Positions 11,749 to 23,775 of a DNA stretch of 46,820 nt are shown one piece after another. The stretch is from Octopus bimaculoides (lineage: Eukaryota). Numbering within the stretch: the first letter of the stretch is position 1; every line of letters begins with the position of its first letter. The stretch is taken from positions 22,687,032-22,733,851 of the forward strand of contig NC_068983.1 in NCBI RefSeq assembly GCF_001194135.2. The letters run 5' to 3'. The notes below the pieces were generated by a model that saw nothing but the letters and a program-made list of their open reading frames with translations, was not told where the DNA came from and ran no database searches. Both the position numbers and the translations under genes were made by a program.

Positions 11749-12326
11749 TCATCATTATCATCATCATCATCGTCGTTTAACGTCCACTTTCCATGCTAGC
11801 ATGGGTTGGACGATTTGACTGAGGACTGGTGAAACCGGATGGCAACACCAGGCTCCAATCTAATTTGGCAGAGTTTCTACAGCTGGATGCCCTTCCTAAC
11901 GCCAACCACTCAGAGAGTGTAGTGGGTGCTTTTACGTGTCACCCGCACGAAAACGACCACGCTCGAAATGGTGTCTTTTATGTGCCACCCGCACAAGCCA
12001 GTCCAGGGGCACTGGCAACGATCTTACTTGGCTTGCCGGGTCTTCTCACGCACAGCACATTTCCAAAGGTCTCGGTCAGTAGTCATCGCCTCGGTGAGGC
12101 CCAATGTACGAAGGTCTTGCCTCACCACCTCAGCCCAGGTCTTCCTGGGCCTACCTCTTCCACGGGTTCCCTCAACTGTTAGGGTGTGGCACTTTTTCAC
12201 GCAGCTATCCTCATCCATTCTCACCACATGTCCATACCAGCGCAATCGTCTCTCTTGCACACCACAACTGATGCTTCTAATGTTCAGCTTTTCTCTCAAG
12301 ATACTTACACTCTGACGGGTATTCAC
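11749..12326 (-). mobile_element. 5'-truncated RTE-clade LINE: ORF2 C-terminus, 3' UTR and (GAT)n tail
   Basis: ORF 12024-12353 contains RRLRWYGHVVRMDEDSCVKKC...EGTRGRGRPRKTW...DRDLW, typical of the RTE ORF2 C-terminus. The 5' end is cut off by a SINE. Confidence 0.92.
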
Positions 12327-12334
12327 AGTAATAT

Positions 12335-12545
12335 TAATTTCAAATTTTGGCACAAGGCCAGCAATTTTGGGTGAGTCAGTTACATCAACTCAAGGGCTCA
12401 ACAGGTACTTATTTTAATGACCCCGAAAGGATTAAAGTGAAAGTCGACCTCGGCAGAATTTGAACTCAGAACATAAAGACAGACAAAATGTGGCAAGGCA
12501 TTTCATCTGGAATGCTAACAATTGTGCCAGTTTGCTACCATGTTG
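12335..12545 (-). mobile_element. SINE family B
   Basis: Reverse complement of the family B core and gccttgtgccaaaatttga tail. Confidence 0.8.
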
Positions 12546-13159
12546 CAACAGTAATATTAAACTGTTTGATTATTGGTTAGCTTTGAGTTTACAAACATTG
12601 AAATGAAATCAAAGAGTGGTTGGTCTAATTGTAAGAAACAACAGTCAAATCACCCTCAAATCATGCTTTACCGACATGAAAAGAAGACATCGATAACATA
12701 ATTTGAGAAACGCTATGTCTGAATAAAAAGACTGGATAGTTACAGCTGGAATCTTTTTGATCTTTGGACCAGCCTGGAATAACACCATCATTACCACCAC
12801 CACCATCACCTCACCACAAACAACAACAAAACATCATCATCATCATCATCGTCATCATCAAAAGTAACAGCTTCCACTTTTGTTTGGAATTAATCAGGGA
12901 TGTCAACCCCCCCCCCAAAAAAAAAGATGAAAAAAAAGAAACATCAACAATCAATGCAATGTTAAAATGTTTGGGTTATTGGATAGCTTCTTGATAAACA
13001 GAATGGAATGGTAGCTTTGAATTTCGTCTGGTGTTGGCCAAAGATATAAAAATCATCCAACTCCAAAACAAGAATCTGGTCAATAATAGCAACAAGGGAT
13101 ATTACCAGAATATAATATAATGACCCTTTACAAAGTTAAAATACAATTTTGAAATATTT

Positions 13160-13703
13160 GCGTTTGGCCGTACGGCTTTTGAATGTTGTTTTCACTGTCC
13201 ATTTTTTCCTGTCTCGGTTTGTGTTTGCCACCTTGGAATCCTCTGTGTAGTGGGTTGATCCACTACTCAGGAAGAGACTATTCTAGAGTACGTCCTGTCT
13301 GGTCTTCGAAACGTCTAGATAGAATAGAGACAGCTGATGAAGGGATATTCCAAGGGGCTTTCCGTTTTCCTATGTGTTCGTTCCGTTGTCTGTAGTTTAT
13401 TGTTCTAACGTCCTGTACCCTGATATGCATGTATATACACATGTAGATGTAAGTATGTACATATATGTGTGTATACATGTATATATATTCTTTGTATTAT
13501 ATATATATATAGAGAGAGAGAGGATGGAATCAGATGTGCATCACAAATTGACATAGAAAACTTAAGAAAAGTTAAACACAGCAACACACCTTACCCGAAA
13601 ATACTGCCGTACATACCCACATACAACCCCAGAAACAAAGAAGCCTTAACCATCATCACCCAAAACATACCAATGCTACATAAGGACCCCAAATTAAAGG
13701 AAA
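13160..13703 (+). mobile_element. Penelope-like element: pLTR-type segment plus ORF fragment running into a gap
   Basis: 13526-13702 reads GIRCASQIDIENLRKVK...LPYIPTYNPRNKEALTIITQNIPMLHKDPKLKE, resembling the PLE RT-thumb/linker (P.V.TY.P...I..II......L..DP.L). Hammerhead-like motif at 13263-13318. Confidence 0.7.
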
Positions 13704-14658
13704 NNNNNNNNNNNNNNNNNNNNNNNNNNNNNNNNNNNNNNNNNNNNNNNNNNNNNNNNNNNNNNNNNNNNNNNNNNNNNNNNNNNNNNNNNNNNNNNNN
13801 NNNNNNNNNNNNNNNNNNNNNNNNNNNNNNNNNNNNNNNNNNNNNNNNNNNNNNNNNNNNNNNNNNNNNNNNNNNNNNNNNNNNNNNNNNNNNNNNNNNN
13901 NNNNNNNNNNNNNNNNNNNNNNNNNNNNNNNNNNNNNNNNNNNNNNNNNNNNNNNNNNNNNNNNNNNNNNNNNNNNNNNNNNNNNNNNNNNNNNNNNNNN
14001 NNNNNNNNNNNNNNNNNNNNNNNNNNNNNNNNNNNNNNNNNNNNNNNNNNNNNNNNNNNNNNNNNNNNNNNNNNNNNNNNNNNNNNNNNNNNNNNNNNNN
14101 NNNNNNNNNNNNNNNNNNNNNNNNNNNNNNNNNNNNNNNNNNNNNNNNNNNNNNNNNNNNNNNNNNNNNNNNNNNNNNNNNNNNNNNNNNNNNNNNNNNN
14201 NNNNNNNNNNNNNNNNNNNNNNNNNNNNNNNNNNNNNNNNNNNNNNNNNNNNNNNNNNNNNNNNNNNNNNNNNNNNNNNNNNNNNNNNNNNNNNNNNNNN
14301 NNNNNNNNNNNNNNNNNNNNNNNNNNNNNNNNNNNNNNNNNNNNNNNNNNNNNNNNNNNNNNNNNNNNNNNNNNNNNNNNNNNNNNNNNNNNNNNNNNNN
14401 NNNNNNNNNNNNNNNNNNNNNNNNNNNNNNNNNNNNNNNNNNNNNNNNNNNNNNNNNNNNNNNNNNNNNNNNNNNNNNNNNNNNNNNNNNNNNNNNNNNN
14501 NNNNNNNNNNNNNNNNNNNNNNNNNNNNNNNNNNNNNNNNNNNNNNNNNNNNNNNNNNNNNNNNNNATACATATAGTTTTAGGGATAAGAACCAAAGTTC
14601 ATGAACTTAATAAATTGATTTTAATTGAGTTTTTACCTGTAATTCTGGATTTTTATCC

Positions 14659-14722
<64 letters not shown>

Positions 14723-14752
14723 TATATGATTTGGAAAAAAGTGTTAGGTGAG

Positions 14753-14850
14753 TATAGAGTGTAATATGAAATTTGAAGAAGTAACAAGGGAACAAGGATT
14801 GCATGCTCAACCGTCACTGTCATTCCATTAATTTTATATTACACTCTGTA
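14753..14850. mobile_element. Small Tc1/mariner-type MITE
   Basis: 21-bp inverted repeats with 2 mismatches (tatagagtgtaatatgaaatt / aattttatattacactctgta) with TA at both ends. Confidence 0.6.
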
Positions 14851-15529
14851 ATTGTCTAACGCTTTATTTTGAAACATGTATATTGAGTTCTAACAGTGGA
14901 TTATTAGTGTTGCTATGCCTAAGCAAAATCTTTATATGTATATAAATGTGCCTTTCTATACATATACACATACAAATGTATGTGTGTGTGTGTGTAGATA
15001 CAGATAGAAAAATTGATTGATTGACAGATAGACAGATAGACAGACTGACCAGTCGATGGCCCAAAATGTATGTGTGTGTGCATGCGTGCGTGTGTGTGTG
15101 TGCAAATATAACCCTACTCAGTAACCAAAAATGCTCAGCTTCAATAAATTACACTCTATGTTTCAAGCTCTTATTGAGATTTTTCTTTTTTTTTTCTTTT
15201 TTTTTCTTTTTTTTTTTGTTCTAACGAGCCAGCATGCTTCAGGCTTTGGTGCAGTTTCCATCTACCAAATTTCACTTGTAAGACATTTGTCAGTCTGAAG
15301 CTAAAGTAAAAAAATTATTACCAAGTTTTCACACAGCAGGATTGAACCCAGAATCATATTGTAGGGATTTGAACCCCAAACCTGAGATAATCAGTTAAGG
15401 GTCATGAATAATCCCTCACCGTTTTGTGTGATCGATCTCTAAATTGATTAATCAACATGAAGCTATGGTGTGATATGGTTCCTCAGATTATCTGAACCAT
15501 ACTCGATGACTGGTCACCGCGCCAGTGGA

Positions 15530-15975
15530 GCACTAACAGCACTGTCCAAGTGTGTTCATTGCCAGAGCAGCTGTCTGGCTTCCGTACTAGTGGCCCGTAA
15601 ATAGCACCATTTGAGCGTAATTGTTACCAGTGTCACCTTCTAGCACTTTTGCTGGTGGCACGTTAGAAAATCATTTGAGCGAGGTCGTTGCCAGTACTAT
15701 TGGACTGGCTCCCGTGCAGGTGGCATGTAAAAAACACCTTTTTGAGCATGGCCGTTGCCAGTACCATGTGACTGGCCCTCATGCCGGTGGCACATAAAAG
15801 CACCCACTATACTCTTGGAGTGGTTGGCGTTAGGAAGGGCATCCAGCTGTAGAAACTCTGCCAAATCAGATTAGAGCCTGGTGTAGCCATCTGGTTTCAC
15901 CAGTCCTCAGTCAAATCGTCCAACCCATGCTAGCATGGAAAGCAGACGTTAAATGATGATGATGATGATGATGAA
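15530..15975 (+). mobile_element. RTE LINE 3' UTR-only copy with ~4 internal subrepeats and (GAT)n tail
   Basis: Same 3' end as 11749-11990 and 5750-6200, in the opposite orientation. Confidence 0.85.
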
Positions 15976-17576
15976 ACAGCCTCAGGCATTTGCATAGACC
16001 ACTTTGGGCACTCACAGAAGGCAGACTGCTAAGACCAGACCACTTTGGGCACTCAGACAGACCACTTTGAGCAAGAGACAACTCCAGACACCCACACATG
16101 ATATACCACACGTAACCTTCTACAGTTACAGCATGGTTCTCTCCTCTCAGTCAGTGATTATATTATCAACATCTTTATTTTGTAAACAGCCAATGCAATA
16201 AATCATGTCCAGCAATAAATATGTTAAAAGTTAAAAAGTTTGTGAGTTGCTTCATTTATTATGCATGCAGCTAGCTAGACCACATGACGATGGTCTCTAC
16301 AACATCCACCACAACCAAACATTCTCCTCACAACAATATGGTTACAAAACAAACCTCTCACTCACACAGTCATATCTGTGCTAATGATTGTTAATCACAA
16401 AGAAATATCAATCTACAAGTTGAAACCTAGCTTTAAAGGTTTGTATTCTGTGTTCATTAGCTTTTATTCTTCTGATTAGATTATTTAATAAAAATATTTC
16501 TCATGATGACTGAAATCTAATTAATACTATATTCTAATATTTTCTGCATATATTATTAGCAATGATTTGAAATGGAGTTCTTTCACTTGCTTTTCTCTAC
16601 TTGCTGTCCACCTTTGATTTCTGGCTCTTTAAGATTTAAAATAAAATAAGAAACTGTCATTATCCTACATTGCTTAAAGAATTTAGATTTAGTATGTTTA
16701 TTGTTTTTATTTTCATTCTTTTATTATAATTTCTGTTTCAGCTCATGAGGTTTCTTTTTTTTTTTTCTTTTTTCTTTTTTTTGTAAATCTTACAAATTGA
16801 ATCAGTAATGAGAAAGGAAATGTTAAAAAGAATCTGTTCTGAATTCCAGCTTAATCCACTGATAAAACTTCATTCAATGATAATATCCTTAATTCCTTTG
16901 ATAACTTTAATCCTCTAATCTAATCTTTACACTATCTCTATAACTGTCATTACAAAAGTAAATTAGCATATTGCTCAACTTATTAACATTGCTTCACAAT
17001 TACATTACCTTATTAATCATTAAGCACTTCAATTCAATTATTATTTGTAATAATTTGAATTCAAATTCAAATTAATATTAATGAGTTGATAAAGGGACCA
17101 TCATAAAAATTAAGGTTTTATCAAAGCAAGTATCAGCAACTTCAGTTTTTAATGGGCCATTGTTGATTTTCTTTTATGCTGGCTTATTTAAGGGCCACTG
17201 TCAGTCAATGTTGACCATGCATCTGCACATGTATGTGCAAGTCTAGGTGAAATTTTCCAAAGAAGATTAGCAAGTTTTATGTCCATGTGCTCAATGTTGT
17301 CCAAGACATAACCCATTACTTGAGGGCTGATACAGTTTGGTACAAGTATCATCTCAAGTGTGGCTGTCAGAATGCGAAGATCTAAGAACGAGTACTGCAA
17401 GGCATTGTCTCCAACACTGTAACAGTTCCACCAACCACTACCCTGGATTGGTAAAAAAGCAAATGTGATTTCACTGGAATTTGAACTCAGAGAACAGAAT
17501 TGCAATAAATACCACAAGGCATTCACTCTAATGACCTGACCAGTTTACAGTCTTCCTTGCCTGTCTATGTCATATA

Positions 17577-17792
17577 AGGTGGCGAGCTGGCAGAAATGTT
17601 AGCATGCTAGGCAAAATGCTTAGCAGTATTTCGTCTGTCTTTATGTTCTGAGTTCAGATTCTGCCGAGGTCGACTTTGCTTTTCATCCTTTCAGGGGTGA
17701 TAAATTAAGTACCAGTTGCATACTGGTGTCGATCTAATCAACTGGCCTCGTCCCCCACAATTTCAGACCTTGTGCCTAGAGTAGAAAAGAAT
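17577..17792 (+). mobile_element. SINE family B, near full length, alternative tail
   Basis: ggcgagctggcagaaatgttagc...ttctgagttcagattctgccgaggtcgactttgcttttcatcc. Confidence 0.85.
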
Positions 17793-17811
17793 ATTATGCC
17801 TTCTCTTATGT

Positions 17812-18037
17812 GAAGGTACATGGCTGAGTGGTTAGGGTATTCGGCTCATATAAATTCTCCACCTGGATGAGACACCAGTGTGTCACAGGTTTACTCATTT
17901 TTGTCAGCTGAGTGGACCGAAGCAATGTAAAATGAAGTGTTTTGCTCAAGAACACAACACTCTACCTGGTGTAGGAATCAAACCCACGATCTTATGATCA
18001 TGAGTCCAACACCCTTACCACCAAGCCATGCACCTCC
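17812..18037 (-). mobile_element. SINE family C fragment plus a second, inverted head
   Basis: Minus-strand head at 18000-18037 and plus-strand head at 17812-17849; 30/38 identity. Confidence 0.7.
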
Positions 18038-19296
18038 ACAAAGTGCATGGAGATAATTCCTTTATCACCATTTTCTTTTTAATCAAACCCCTGTGATAAA
18101 CAAATATAGGTATATTTGATAAACAGTTCGATCACTGATTTACTTTAGTACATATTCTATCAATGTTGACTATGCAGTAGGTATGTGGTCATTTTGAAAA
18201 TACCTCATAGAATGATGACTATGCTCTGCGTAGTTAGGGGTTGCCCTTTGGCAAGGTATAGCACCTGTTTGGCTACCCTGCCAGGTATATGTCAAAGTAA
18301 TGGGACTGCAGCATGGTGGATTGTGAAGAGGTAGTGGAAGAGCTCAACTGAGCCAACAGTGCTTCTTACATTGATATTGAGGGGAGGAATCCTAGAAGAT
18401 CAACGGTCAGGATTGCCAAGCTCTAGCAAGAGAGTAACTGCAATGCATCCATAGGTTGTATATTTAGCATATGAAAGAATCACTATGACTCAATCAAGAT
18501 CCCAATTCAAATTCAATAATGGAATTGGATGGTGACAGAGTCATGGGAATCCATGAAAATAGCATGACAGAAAAGACTATGCAAGAAGGCAAAAGAGTCA
18601 AGCATTTGTAGATTGTGAGTTCAAACCTAGAATAAGCAATTTGTTCTGCTTCTGTGTAACAATACACTTTATTTTACATTGCTTTCATTCACTTAACTGT
18701 TGGCAATCATATTTATACCAATGGTGTACAACCTCAGACCACAGTCTACTAACCATCTCTACTTTCTGTGTTCAACAGACCTTAAGCATTGAAGTCCTCT
18801 CCTATAATGTAGAATTCAATTATACATCTTTGTCTTCTTCCCAATCACACTAAAGTTTGTGGCAATAATTGATTTACTCAAGACCGTCTTTAATACATGG
18901 TTGTGCAGATTTCTCCTTCAGTTGCTCCATCAAAGGAAGTGTAGAAAATTAAGATTCGACTAATGGCGAAGAAGAAATACATAGGAAATTGCTACAAACC
19001 ATTTAATTCTATAGAAAATACAAAATAGGAATATCTATATTCCAAATACTGAGTTTTATAGCAGATAATATTTCTACCCTTACAGAACGTATACATGTAC
19101 AAGATTTACAATTCCTACATTATGGTATATATATNNNNNNNNNNNNNNNNNNNNNNNNNNNNNNNNNNNNNNNNNNNNNNNNNNNNNNNNNNNNNNNNNN
19201 NNNNNNNNNNNNNNNNNNNNNNNNNNNNNNNNNNNNNNNNNNNNNNNNNNNNNNNNNNNNNNNNNNNNNNNNNNNNNNNNNNNNNNNNNNNNNNNN

Positions 19297-19368
19297 AGGA
19301 CCTGAATTTCGGACTTTCCAATATACGTTTGTTATTGTAAAGTTGATTAGTCCTCATCAGCTAGATTC
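19297..19368 (-). ncRNA. Hammerhead ribozyme-like motif, 3' end truncated by a gap
   Basis: ctag-CTGATGA-GGACT-(33 nt)-AGTCC-GAAA-ttcagg-TC-ct[N...]. Confidence 0.6.
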
Positions 19369-20510
19369 ACCTGAGACAAAATTTTAAAATATAGCTACAT
19401 CTTTGGCTGAACACCTAGCCGTTAACAGAACCAATATTAGTGAAAAAGTCCTCTACGAAAATTTTAAATATCATTGCAATACAATACAATAGTATCACTT
19501 TCCAGCCAAATAAATCACCATAAAGGTAGAATAATGAATAAGAAATAGTGGTACAACGAGGCACCAATGTTTGCTGGAAATAGCAGTCAAAAACAATATG
19601 ATGCTATGTAAAGCTTCACTGAAATGTATACTGGCAAAAGTGTACTACTATTTCTTATATAAAGTTAAAAGAAGAAATGAGACTGGAACTTGATGCTGCT
19701 CTCTGGTATGCCAGCTCACCTCAAAGCACCCAACCTCTGCCAGCAAGGAAAGCAGACATTAATATACCAATATATATATAAATACGGCCTGTAAAGGCTG
19801 AAAGACATCTGGTATTCTCGCTGGCCACTACTGAGCAATATACACACATGCACTACACACATACACACACATTGCTATTAAGGAACACATACACATGTAC
19901 CTACACACACATGCACATACACACACACACATACACTGCCATTAAAGAACATACACACATCCTCATCATCACCTATTTTAGCGTTCACTTTCCCATGCTT
20001 GCATGGGTTAAATTGAGTTTATTGTTAATATAACAGCTTATCTATTGTCAGATGCTCTTTCTGTCACCAACCCAGCATGTTTCCTAGAAAAGTAAAGGAG
20101 GAGGAGGATGTATCCACCAGTACGCACAGGTGAGGTAATATTAAACTAAAATAGCTATTTATGTATCATACTGAATGTATAAACACTGTTACTGTAGTAT
20201 TCATCCTGAGATAACATTTCTCATGGATGTGGTGTGTTAAAAACAATAAATATCAGATGAAAATTCATCTCAGTAGTGGCCAGTGAGAATGCCAGATGTA
20301 TTTCAGCCTTTATAGGCTGTATGTATATATANNNNNNNNNNNNNNNNNNNNNNNNNNNNNNNNNNNNNNNNNNNNNNNNNNNNNNNNNNNNNNNNNNNNN
20401 NNNNNNNNNNNNNNNNNNNNNNNNNNNNNNNNNNNNNNNNNNNNNNNNNNNNNNNNNNNNNNNNNNNNNNNNNNNNNNNNNNNNNNNNNNNNNNNNNNNN
20501 NNNNNNNNTA

Positions 20511-20551
<41 letters not shown>

Positions 20552-20896
20552 GTAAATAGATAGACAAATATTTAGATGGATAGATTGATATTTACATAGA
20601 CAGAGCTAAATAAATGCTTGTATCTGTAACTTGTTTCAACTTCAAAATTGAAGCTCAACACATAAACACACACACACACACACACACATGTGCGCCTGCA
20701 AATACATACATACATACATATGCATGTGTGTGAGTATGCATGGGTGTGCATGTGCATGCATATACATGAATATATACATATATACTTGTATATGTGTGTA
20801 TGTGTGTGAGTGTGTGTGTGTTAGTATACATACATACTTTCATATGTACAGATATGAATATATATATATTTATATATGAGTATAAGTAGCATACAT

Positions 20897-20940
<44 letters not shown>

Positions 20941-21200
20941 CCCTGAATACATGCCTATATACATAAACACACATTTATGCATACATACATCTATAACAAT
21001 ACATACATTTGTGTGCGACCAATCTCTTTGTGTTAAAGACATGCATGCAACAATGACTTATATATATTCAGATCAACTCAATTATCCAAAAAGACAAACA
21101 TATAATTACTCAGAGCAATTTCAGGCGCATATAACTTGGCATACACCATAGCAGGGGAAGTAGAGACAAGCAGGGGTAGTAAGGGCAGTTGGTTGTTGCA

Positions 21201-21263
21201 GGGGTTGTCAGGGGTTGTCAGGGGTTGTCAGGGGTTGTCAGGAGTTGTCAGGGGATGCAGGGG
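21201..21263 (+). repeat. (GGGGTTGTCA)n decamer repeat with G-quadruplex potential
   Basis: Four perfect units, one variant unit and two further G4 runs. Confidence 0.85.
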
Positions 21264-21399
21264 CTCTCACTATGAGCCTTGCAACTGTGTGAGGCTGGTT
21301 AATTATTATTTTAAGGCAATTAACCATTTCACACTCCATTACAAACTAACAATCCGTGAACAACAGCCTTGCAGCTCCACCTCCAATATCCGTCAACAC

Positions 21400-21612
21400 C
21401 ACCACTGTCACTACCACTACTCCCGTGACCACTGCTATTGCGACCGCCAATACCACTACAGCTGCTACCACCCACCACCGCTACCACTACAACCACCACC
21501 ACTAGCATAATCACCACATACCAGCAGCCCCACTACCACCACACACCATACCACCACCATCACACACCATACCACCACCACCACCACACACCATACTACC
21601 ACCACCACCACC

Positions 21613-21674
<62 letters not shown>

Positions 21675-21712
21675 CACCACCACCACCATCACCACTGTTA
21701 CCATTATCACCT
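21400..21712. repeat. Compound (CAC)n/(TAC)n trinucleotide tract
   Basis: Directly visible; source of the poly-H/Y/V ORFs. Confidence 0.95.
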
Positions 21713-22226
21713 CTGACAATACAAACACAATTAGCCAAAACAGAACAGTAACTTCTAACATGGTCACACAGCATATTAGATATAGCAGCCAAATCTCTCT
21801 AAATCATACATACACAAACCATGTTAAAAAGAGCAGAGTCATTGGACAATATAAATTCACAAATAATAATAAACACAAAATGAACAAATAATATATCATC
21901 GCTGTCATCGTCGTCATCATCATCATCATCATCTGTATCAATGTTCACTTTTCCATGCTTGCACGGGTTGGATGGAGTTTATTGTTATTGTGACAGATTA
22001 TCTACGGTTGGATGCTCTTCCTGCCACCAACCCAGAACATGTTTCCCAGCAAAGTAATATTTCTCCATGACCAGACATGTTTTCACAGAATATTGGAAAT
22101 GAACGACATTGATTAATAACAATTACACAATGTCAAAACAAATGGGCATATGCACACACTCACACACACACATGCACACACACACATGCACGCATGTGTA
22201 AGTGTATATATTAATATATATATATA

Positions 22227-22384
22227 GGCGTAGGGGTGGCTGTGTGGTAAGTAGCTTGCTTATGAACCACATGGCTTCGGGTTCAGTCCCACTGCGTAGC
22301 ACCTTGAGCAAGTGTCTTCTACTATAGCCTCAGGCCGACCAAAGCCTTGTGAGTGGATTTGGTAGACGGAAACTGAAAGAAGCC

Positions 22385-22428
<44 letters not shown>

Positions 22429-22486
22429 GTGTGTGTGTATATGTTTGTGTGTCTGTGTTTGTCCCCCCAACATCGCTTGACAAACG
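22227..22486 (+). mobile_element. SINE family A, 5' two-thirds running into a gap
   Basis: Head, gaccaaagccttgtgagtggatttggtagacggaaactgaaagaagccc and internal (TA)n(TG)n. Confidence 0.9.
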
Positions 22487-23511
22487 NNNNNNNNNNNNNN
22501 NNNNNNNNNNNNNNNNNNNNNNNNNNNNNNNNNNNNNNNNNNNNNNNNNNNNNNNNNNNNNNNNNNNNNNNNNNNNNNNNNNNNNNNNNNNNNNNNNNNN
22601 NNNNNNNNNNNNNNNNNNNNNNNNNNNNNNNNNNNNNNNNNNNNNNNNNNNNNNNNNNNNNNNNNNNNNNNNNNNNNNNNNNNNNNNNNNNNNNNNNNNN
22701 NNNNNNNNNNNNNNNNNNNNNNNNNNNNNNNNNNNNNNNNNNNNNNNNNNNNNNNNNNNNNNNNNNNNNNNNNNNNNNNNNNNNNNNNNNNNNNNNNNNN
22801 NNNNNNNNNNNNNNNNNNNNNNNNNNNNNNNNNNNNNNNNNNNNNNNNNNNNNNNNNNNNNNNNNNNNNNNNNNNNNNNNNNNNNNNNNNNNNNNNNNNN
22901 NNNNNNNNNNNNNNNNNNNNNNNNNNNNNNNNNNNNNNNNNNNNNNNNNNNNNNNNNNNNNNNNNNNNNNNNNNNNNNNNNNNNNNNNNNNNNNNNNNNN
23001 NNNNNNNNNNNNNNNNNNNNNNNNNNNNNNNNNNNNNNNNNNNNNNNNNNNNNNNNNNNNNNNNNNNNNNNNNNNNNNNNNNNNNNNNNNNNNNNNNNNN
23101 NNNNNNNNNNNNNNNNNNNNNNNNNNNNNNNNNNNNNNNNNNNNNNNNNNNNNNNNNNNNNNNNNNNNNNNNNNNNNNNNNNNNNATATATATATATATA
23201 TATATATATATACACGTGTGTGTGTGTGTGTGTGTGTATGTATATTTATCTGCATACACACACACACACGCGCACACACACATACACACGATGGGTTTTT
23301 TTTTTAGATTCCATCTACGAAATCTCACAAGGATTCAATAAGCCTGAGGCTCTAATAGAAAACTTGTCTAAGGTGCCACTCATTGGGACTGAACCAGAAA
23401 TCATGTGGTTGAGAAGCAAGCTTCCTAACTACTTAGCTATGCCTGCACACACACATATATAACATACATACATACATCGCCAGACAGACAGGCAGACAAA
23501 CAGACAGATAG

Positions 23512-23775
23512 ATTTCTTTATTAGCCACGCAGGGCTGAACACAGAGGGGACAATACAATGTAGAACTTTTTTTTTCGAATGAAAAAAAAAATACAACCAA
23601 AAGGGATTGAAAGCAATTGGGACATGTAAACAGTGAAATAACAATGTTCCATTTATAATAGAGTTCCCAAAAGGGGGGAGTAAAAATGTAATACAGATTA
23701 GGTTTAACAATGGAAAGAAAAGCCTGCGAGAAAGACCACGGTAACCCCAGGCAGGGAAAGAACACATGAGAGCAA
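23512..23775 (-). mobile_element. Probable Tx1-type LINE 3' UTR fragment in a (GAYA)n tract
   Basis: Ends tgtcccctctgtgttcagccctgcgtggctaataaagaaat, similar to the LINE end at 40103-40133. Confidence 0.6.

Noticed and set aside
13469-14764. Long ORFs (300-430 aa) here and at 22260-23462 and 45122-46305
   Set aside because: They are open only because N runs and TA/TG repeats lack stops. Only 13526-13702 has real coding signal (Penelope-like).
17188-17526. 112-aa minus-strand ORF in a non-repetitive patch
   Set aside because: The N-terminal third derives from a SINE remnant; no recognisable domain and no consistent splice sites on either strand.
18747-18853. TACTAAC branch point, pyrimidine tract and CAG acceptor at 18778
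   Set aside because: No convincing donor or recognisable peptide downstream; a single good acceptor is expected by chance in 47 kb.
20620-20665. Minus-strand gTGTTGA-GCTTCAA..TTGAAG-tt-GAAA-C-aa-G-TT
   Set aside because: Too many core deviations (C3, A6, insertions) to distinguish from chance.
21329-21792. Poly-His/Tyr/Val/Gly ORFs
   Set aside because: Translations of trinucleotide microsatellites; no splice or compositional support.
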